The notes below the pieces were generated by a model that was not told the DNA's origin, did not search any database, and saw nothing but the letters and a program-made list of their open reading frames with translations. Below, piece by piece: positions 61,514 to 64,000 of a stretch of 64,000 nt of DNA (the stretch's first letter is position 1; every line of letters begins with the position of its first letter). The stretch is from Toensbergia leucococca. Taxonomy: Eukaryota. The DNA lies in NCBI GenBank assembly GCA_022813965.1, contig JALDZS010000052.1, forward strand, positions 1 to 64,000, in the 5' to 3' direction. The position numbers were made by a program, and so were the translations under genes.

Positions 61514-62626
61514 TCAGTAGGCTGTTAATAGCCTCTTCTGCTGGTATTCCAACGCCGTAATATCCTCGTACCTATCGCCTTCTCGAATTCCTCTAAAAGG
61601 CGGGAGCGGTCCCACCGACGCATTCCGAGCCGCTTTGCAGAAGTACGCTATCGAGTATCGTTCCGGAATCGTCCCTTCCTCCTTGTCTTTCAAGTCTTGC
61701 GGTACCATCACCTGGTGCAATCCCGCTGGTAGGACGTCGGCAGTCCACCGTTGCAATGTTTCAGAGATGTTGACAATCATTTCCATTTTCGACTCAGGCT
61801 CGACGGGTTTAAAGGTACCTGGTTTCTCTCGGTCCTGAAACTCAAGACCTCCGGTCGTGTCGCTGAACAGCAACGTGATGACTCCCAGGTCAAAGTGTGG
61901 CCAAATGCGGTTAGTATCATCTCGCCGAAGTTCTTCCAGGGAGATGGCCGGGTAATGATTCATCCGGAACTCGCCCGCGCTTGGGATGCAACGGTCGCGG
62001 AACGTTGAGGCGGGAATCTGGAGACCTTCTTCGAGAGCTTCCAAAAGATCCAGGCTCACATTCTCGCACAATACAAAGAATCGCTCCACGAAGGACTGGA
62101 AGCCTGGCAAATCCTCCTGGGAAGGCCATCGATTGGGATACATGTCGTCGTTTTTTGGCCCGACATCGAAATGTTCCTGTAGCACAATGAGTACAACTGA
62201 CTTCTATTTTCGGCTTGAGAATAAGCGACTCACTCGGGCGTCTTTAAGATCCTCCGAGACGTTGTGGCCCATCATTTTCCCATATAGAGTTGAAGTTTTC
62301 TCCGCCCCTACGGTGCTCCATCCTCGTTGAGGGCTTGGCCCGGGCGGATTGATAATTTTACGCTTTTTCTCCGCAGGAAGGTTCACGAAGTCTCTGCTCT
62401 AGAATTCTTCTATTTTAGCACTGATGCATGCACATTCGAATTCAAGAACGATGACGTGGCATACCCGTTCAAAGCATTCCTCCACCAGCTCTGGGGAAAT
62501 GCCATGGTTTGAGATTCGCGCGAAGCCGTGTTTAGACAGACTACCCAGCAACTCCTGTGCATAGGTTGCACGTTGTGCGGGTGTTCCCTGGGTGAACTTC
62601 GATGCGTCCAGCAAAGGGACTGCCAT
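61514..62626 (-). CDS. Second 2-oxoglutarate/Fe(II)-dependent dioxygenase (IPNS-like), ~329 aa, 2 introns
   Basis: GFARISNHGI, PQRGWS, WPHFDLG (HxD), AGLHQV and RYSIAYF motifs. Exons 62626-62465, 62398-62234 and 62176-61514 splice in frame. Confidence 0.93.
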
Positions 62627-64000
62627 ATTGAAAAAAGATAAAAAAGGAAGCAGTGTTCGTCAAGTGGTACGTCTTCAAATTTCTACAGTTGGCTTTCAGT
62701 GTTGAAAGATGATGTAGGACAAGAAGCCTGGGATTTGGCGTCTGAAGTAGTCTTCATCAATCCTGCAAGCCGGTCGATCGGACCCCGGATTGTACCGCTG
62801 AATGTCATCTTCATCGCATTGGTTACTACCTTTAGTAGATATGAAGCCATCTACAGCTACTAGTCAGCCAAGGATCGGTGCGTCAGTAGGGCAGAATTTG
62901 AGTTTAATGTCGAAGCTGATCCTGGTTTTTGTCTGAAAGGGCGGGATGCATGAAGCTTTTACTCTACCATGGACGGATACTTGACTTGCTTAGGAAGTAG
63001 GATGCGCTCTCGGGGCGGCATGGAAAGTGTGCATGAAGGGATGAGGGATGGCACGACGTTAGTACCTGTTTGGTCGCGTCACTTAGCAAAGACAAAGCAT
63101 GCTGCAAATGTTGGCATGGGTTTCTTGTACCACCATTTCACTTACCCATCAGTGTACCCACCACGGATGTAGTCTCGGGACAATGTCGAAGTTTCATGTT
63201 ACACCCGAGTGTGCGAGACTCCTGTACCCCAGGAATAATAGTTTAATATTCCCCGCAATTTGCTTTTCTTCAGCCTTGAGCGAAGGAACCTCAAAAGATC
63301 CCGTGATTCAGTGTGCTTACCTGAGTTGAGTTCGGTCACGACTCAAATTGTCTCTGAAACGGCTGAGTGATCAGATTAACAGGATTTGATTGATGGTGTC
63401 TACCTAAATTAGGTGGGGAGTATCCACCCTAGCTTCTAGAGCATGGGCGCCATAGATTGGGTAAGCTAGATTCTTTGAGTTGCGTGCCTTGCGAAGACGT
63501 CAGAACCCGCTTTTGAAGCATGCTTCAGCCAACAACGTCGAAGAAATATCTCTACTGCTGACTACCAACACTCGATCCTCAAAACTCGTACAGTCCGAGT
63601 AAGGAAGGCCTCGCAAGCAGGGTTGGTTCTAGTTGACGTGCTGTCGCCGTCTTCAGACCGCCATTCAATTTCCGAATGCAGCACCGTTGGGACTGTCATT
63701 CTACAAGTCTTTCTGAACTTGAAGATGGTCCCCGCCAGTAATCTAGCCTCGTCGACAAGGCCTAGATTCCCTCAATTAGACTTCTTGCGAACAGGCTAAT
63801 GATTATCTATAGCGTCGAGAATAGTCACACTACGGAGTAGGTAGTGGGAATGGTGCAATTTAGCATTCAATTTAGGTTTCGGGCATTTCCGATAGAATAG
63901 GGTTTCGAGTGGGGAGGGGATTGCTGAGACATTGCCATGGCCAGCAGCCATGGAGTCGGAGCTACAGGGGTTGAGATAAACAGTTTCTGGGTGGGTCCTG

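Overview
Eukaryotic, intron-containing fungal (Pezizomycotina-like) genomic DNA with GT..AG introns and CTAAC/CTGAC branch sites. Left to right: a C-to-T-eroded relic ORF; two small Pro/Lys-rich ORFs; a lysophospholipid acyltransferase with an unusual Lys-rich tail; two small secreted proteins; Zn2Cys6 and bZIP transcription factors; an isochorismatase-family hydrolase; a giant (~3,680 aa) secreted WSC-domain Ser/Thr mucin carrying a C-terminal CxxxDLLCISxSL repeat I do not recognise; tRNA-Lys(CTT); a Net1/Dnt1-like protein; a 457-bp non-autonomous Mutator-like element with terminal inverted repeats and an 8-bp target duplication; the NEDD8 protease DenA; and a large protein with a Red1/SYCP2-like layout. 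The right third holds an Sfp-type phosphopantetheinyl transferase and a GliK-like cyclotransferase, then an apparent biosynthetic gene cluster: a partial-C-A-T-R NRPS-like reductase, a class-V PLP enzyme and two paralogous 2OG-Fe(II) oxygenases, with CTGAC/CTGAG motifs shared between promoters. The cluster may continue past the window edge. All family calls come from motif recognition by eye, without database searches. Exon boundaries were inferred manually.
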